From positions 77-64,076 of the IMG/VR virus record IMGVR_UViG_3300037088_000771: DNA of 64,000 nucleotides. One strand, 5' to 3'. Positions within the stretch are counted from its first letter, which is position 1. Each line of letters starts with the position of its first letter. The notes beneath the pieces were generated by a model that did not search any database, was not told the origin of the DNA, and saw only the letters and a list, made by a program, of their open reading frames with translations. This DNA comes from a virus. Lineage: Duplodnaviria > Caudoviricetes. A program made the translations under genes and the position numbers. Positions 59,957-64,000 of this stretch are shown in pieces.

Positions 59957-60607
59957 ATGAAACATTATCCAGACATAAAATACTATGGTGATTATTGGAG
60001 TTTACCTGTAATTGCATTCGAAAAACTCGATGGTAGTAACCTTCGTTTCGAATACAGTCACAAAAGAGGCTTCTATAAATTCGGCACAAGGCAAATGATG
60101 ATCGACAGGTCTTCAACACCCTTTGGCTTTGCCATTGACTTATTTCTGGAAAAATATGAGAAAAATCTCTTTGAAATATTTAAAAGCAAAGACTACAGAA
60201 ATTCTCTTGCTTTTGTTTGTTTCGCAGAACTCTATGGGTTCAAGTCAGAATTCGGACAGCATGAGTTTGGAAACGATGTGTTTGATATTACCCTGTTTGA
60301 TGTAAGCGAGTACAAACATGGTCTGATATCACCACGACAGTTTGTAAACGACTTTCAAAGTGTGGGCATACCAAAGGTTATTTATGAAGGAAACCTTAAC
60401 AGAGACTTCGTAAATAGGGTTAAAACAAATGAATTTAGTTTAAAGGAAGGTGTGGTAGCCAAAGGCACTATCCCAAGAAAAAAATCTGGAGAAAATCTTT
60501 ACTACTGCAAGATCAAAACAGACGGTTGGTTCGAACGTTTAAGAGCAAGAAGACCAGACCTATATAATGTTGAATCTAAACAATTACTTCACGATACAAA
60601 AGAATAA
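59957..60607 (+). CDS. ATP-dependent RNA ligase-family protein
   Basis: EKLDGSN motif I, FAELYG, LFDV, EGVV, KIKT. Confidence 0.8.
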   Translation: MKHYPDIKYYGDYWSLPVIAFEKLDGSNLRFEYSHKRGFYKFGTRQMMIDRSSTPFGFAIDLFLEKYEKNLFEIFKSKDYRNSLAFVCFAELYGFKSEFGQHEFGNDVFDITLFDVSEYKHGLISPRQFVNDFQSVGIPKVIYEGNLNRDFVNRVKTNEFSLKEGVVAKGTIPRKKSGENLYYCKIKTDGWFERLRARRPDLYNVESKQLLHDTKE

Positions 60608-62649
60608 TTATGGGAAGCAGATATACAAAGAGCATACCGAATTCAGTTTATTTCTGGAAATGTGGTGGATGGTGGGCAGGACCGTTCGTGAAACCACAAA
60701 AGGGTCGTCCCTGTGTTGAATACAATCTCGTACCAGTTACTCCAGTTAAAAAAGGTCTTACCCAGAAAGAACTTGACGATCTTAGAAACTGGCTTCAGTC
60801 AGATGAAGGCAAAAAAGTTATAAAAGAGAGTCTGGATAAAGCGGATGCTGTCAGTAGAATTATTGACAGTATGAATAATATCGACCCAAAAATATTAAAT
60901 GAACCCTTTAATATATAATATCATGAGTGAAGTAAGAAAATTAGGTAAAATTGGCACTGTAGACATATATTATGATGAATACATTGAGAAAAATAATTTC
61001 TTTTTCGGCTGGAGAGGCGATACACCACAAGAATCAGGGATGATCTTTGTACCATATGAAAAGATGAAAGAATGTGAAGGTGTCCCATTACCAGATATCA
61101 ATGACCCAAAAGAACAAGGAGATTTAATTAAAAGAACAAATATCCATTTTATGATAGGCAGCAGCGAAGACTTCGAAGACTATAAGAAAGCATTGGCACT
61201 TTATATGAAACAACAGGAAATAAATTGTTTTGATAATAATATATTTAATTTTATACAAAAAGGTATATGAAAGAAACTGTTAAAGAACTCGAAAAAAAGT
61301 TAAAAGAACTTAGCGATAAATCCATAAACTTTATTAAGGCAATGGATGCACTTGCACTTATTGGTTTTGAAGATGTTGAAAAGAAAAGAAAAATGATCGA
61401 TGATCTTCGCCAAATGGAACACAAGGTAGGTGAAAAAAGACAAAACGTTATTGATGCCATCGGTGCACTGCAGAAAGTTTGTACACATACTTATCCTGAT
61501 GGTAAATCTGCATTTAGAGGTAGTGGTAATGATAGTCACTATTCATACGAGAAATGTGAAATTTGTGGTAAAGAAGAAAAATGCTAAATGAAATACGATT
61601 TCAGTCACCCAGATGCACTAAATACTTGGGCAGTAATTGTCCCAGATGAATATCCGCAAAAATTTGACTGGATGCCATGCCTTGAAACTGGTGGGTTCAA
61701 CCTGACAGTAGGTAAACAATATCGCAATATCGGATATTCTTCAATGGGTAACAGACTCTGGGTGATCGATGATAAAGAAAAACTAATATTAGTAAATTTA
61801 AAATGCTTTATAAATTATGTTTGCAAATTTAATTGCGTTTAACGCAGTAGAAGGTAAAACTTCAAGTGGTAGTGTTGAATTCTCTGGCAATCCCAATGAT
61901 GTAATTCAACTGATGATTAACGGACACAAATACATTTTTGATTGTACTGGTAAATTACAGTATTCTTCAGAAATGGATAGTTGCATAAACCTTAATAATC
62001 AAAAAGGCACATGCGCAAAAATAAATAATTTTGCACAAGTATATCCTAAATCAGAATAACAATGGAAACAAAAGACTATATACTTGAATTTCTTTTAGAA
62101 AGATCAAACACAACTCGCTTTGAAGAAGTTACAGACGTGATACTTAAAGACTGTGATGACTCACATGGTGGAGCAGGAGAACATTATATAGTAACTGTCA
62201 AAGTTCATATACCTGACTTTAGTTTTACTTCAGGTAACCAAACCAAAATAGTTGAAATGAAATGTCTTGTGAATGTAAAACAATTTAATCAATTTGTAGA
62301 AAAACGTAATGCAATAATTTGGTTATAATATTTATGTCATGGAAGAAAAAAGAGAAGTCAAAACATTTGAACTGGACTATAAATGTCCCAAATGTGGCAT
62401 AGGTTATATGCGTCCAACAGGCATAGCAGTTGGTGGTACTCCAATGCAATATCCTCACAGGTGCAATAACTGTGAGTATCATAAGATTATACATGGTTAT
62501 ATGTACCCTTACCTTGTTTATGAACCAAAACATAATGGTATAATTGTTATTATGGATGGTGCTGTAGAACATTTGCAAGGTAAAGACTATGTTGAACCAA
62601 CAAATCAAGTTATAATTAATGATTATGTAACTAAACCCTGTAGCAAATA

Positions 62650-63591
62650 ATGGAAACACAACCAACCAATAAAGTAAATATCTATGGTATTAAGAACGGT
62701 AAGAACTTTCATTACATAGGTAAAACCGTAAGAACTGCCAAAGAAGATGGTTCAATGAATAATTCTGACATTCATTACCGTTATACAAGCGATAAAATAA
62801 ACGATCTGTTTAGCGATAATACAAACATAACAGTTATCAAGGTCGTGGACGAAGATGTTTGGTACAGCGAAAAACTTCACGAAGTAGTTGAATTCTACAA
62901 TAAACAACACCCTCTTGTAAATGCACAGTGGATGTGCGAAGGCAAAAATGGTTATTGGGAAGGCAAGACAAGAGACAAATATACAATTACAAGATTATCT
63001 GAGAGTAAATTCAAGAGAGTATACCAGTACGATGATAAAGGTGATTTAGTTAAAGTCTGGCGATCTGGCAAAGCTGCAGCCATAATGGTATTTAAAGATT
63101 ATCAGGTTGTCAAGGGTAGTGCTTGCAGTGAATTATATTCAATCTTAAGATCAAAAGGATTAAAGAATAAATTTAGACACGGTTGCTATTGGTTCAGAGA
63201 AGAAGATTTAAAAATAATGTATAACCCTAACCCAATACCTAAACATATTTATCTTTATGAAATTGATTTAGAACAACATAAGAAAAGATCATACGTTAGA
63301 AGACATACTGTCATTGAGAACATGATGAAGGCATGCATTCTTCATTATGACACTGAAGGTCATGTGATATTCACTTATAAAAATACTGCACATGCTGCTT
63401 ATATGCTAAAGACAACTATGTGTATCATACAGAAACTTTGCAGAGGTATAAAAAATAACGATTATTATATTCTGAAGTACGGAGAAAAAAGTTTACAACC
63501 AGTCGGTGAGAAATATCCAGAATATACCGTAGAACCTTTGAGACAAACCAGAAGAAAAACTTATACAAAAAGGGGTATAAAATATATATAG
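62650..63591 (+). CDS. GIY-YIG-like / NUMOD1 homing endonuclease-like protein
   Basis: IYGI...HYIGKT N-terminus; VYQYD..G.LVK.W.S...AA repeats. Confidence 0.65.
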   Translation: METQPTNKVNIYGIKNGKNFHYIGKTVRTAKEDGSMNNSDIHYRYTSDKINDLFSDNTNITVIKVVDEDVWYSEKLHEVVEFYNKQHPLVNAQWMCEGKNGYWEGKTRDKYTITRLSESKFKRVYQYDDKGDLVKVWRSGKAAAIMVFKDYQVVKGSACSELYSILRSKGLKNKFRHGCYWFREEDLKIMYNPNPIPKHIYLYEIDLEQHKKRSYVRRHTVIENMMKACILHYDTEGHVIFTYKNTAHAAYMLKTTMCIIQKLCRGIKNNDYYILKYGEKSLQPVGEKYPEYTVEPLRQTRRKTYTKRGIKYI

Positions 63592-63636
63592 AGATTTTAT
63601 TAACATGAAAATAGTATTTATTATAAACTTGTTAAT

Positions 63637-64000
63637 ATGGATTTAAATAAAGTCATCAAAGAAGAATATATGGATTTAAATAGTGTCATTGTCTGGCACG
63701 GAAGCACCAAAAAATTTTATATGTTTGATATGAGTATGGTTGGCACAGGCGATCAGAATAGTCTTGGTGGCTGGGGTATATACTTCTCTGACAACAGGGC
63801 AGTAAGTCAAAGATATTATCTGCCAAGCGGTCAGTTAAAACAATATAAAATAAGATCAGGAGAATATTTCAACTTAGATAGTAATATCGATCAGAGCGAT
63901 AATGCAAGAATGCTTACAATGCTCAAAAGATTAAACGTATCTGAAAAAGATTTACAAGAATTCGATGAAACCTATGTAAACGGTGACAACTATTCAGCTA
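63637..64000 (+). CDS. ADP-ribosyltransferase-like protein (truncated by window end)
   Basis: MDLNKVIKEEY...WHGS...FD....GTG....GWGIYFSDN..VS..Y. Confidence 0.6.
   Translation, partial: MDLNKVIKEEYMDLNSVIVWHGSTKKFYMFDMSMVGTGDQNSLGGWGIYFSDNRAVSQRYYLPSGQLKQYKIRSGEYFNLDSNIDQSDNARMLTMLKRLNVSEKDLQEFDETYVNGDNYSA

Noticed and set aside
1-64000. Genome-wide TAG reassignment suggested by the CTA tRNA
   Set aside because: Long genes are intact in code 11 and several genes end in TAG right before the next feature (e.g. 24581, 36081). Only the PTH2 locus shows an internal TAG.

Overview
Segment of a large, AT-rich jumbo-type phage genome read in standard code 11. The host is probably Bacteroidota, judged from TAnnTTTG -7 promoter boxes and a Bacteroidota-like class II RNR. 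The window is dominated by translation-support functions: about 45 tRNA genes grouped by amino acid, a tmRNA, an RNase P RNA, ribosomal protein bL12, two RNA ligases and a PTH2-family peptidyl-tRNA hydrolase. It also carries nucleotide-metabolism genes, DNA methyltransferases, homing endonucleases and many small hypothetical genes. Four signals are absent from the ORF track. (1) Two leader-peptide transcription attenuators have control codons matching the tRNAs they precede (Tyr/Lys; Thr/Ser/Cys/Asn/Ile/Phe/Gly/Arg), suggesting tRNA arrays switched on by host tRNA depletion. (2) A ~407-nt minus-strand ncRNA is built from 23S rRNA look-alikes (split uL11-binding domain, sarcin-ricin-loop copies, H69-like loop) and flanked by two tRNA-like RNAs. 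(3) An amber-suppressor tRNA lies directly upstream of a PTH2 gene that needs TAG read-through. (4) Eight tRNAs have C in place of the near-invariant U33. All calls were made by eye, without database searches or folding software.
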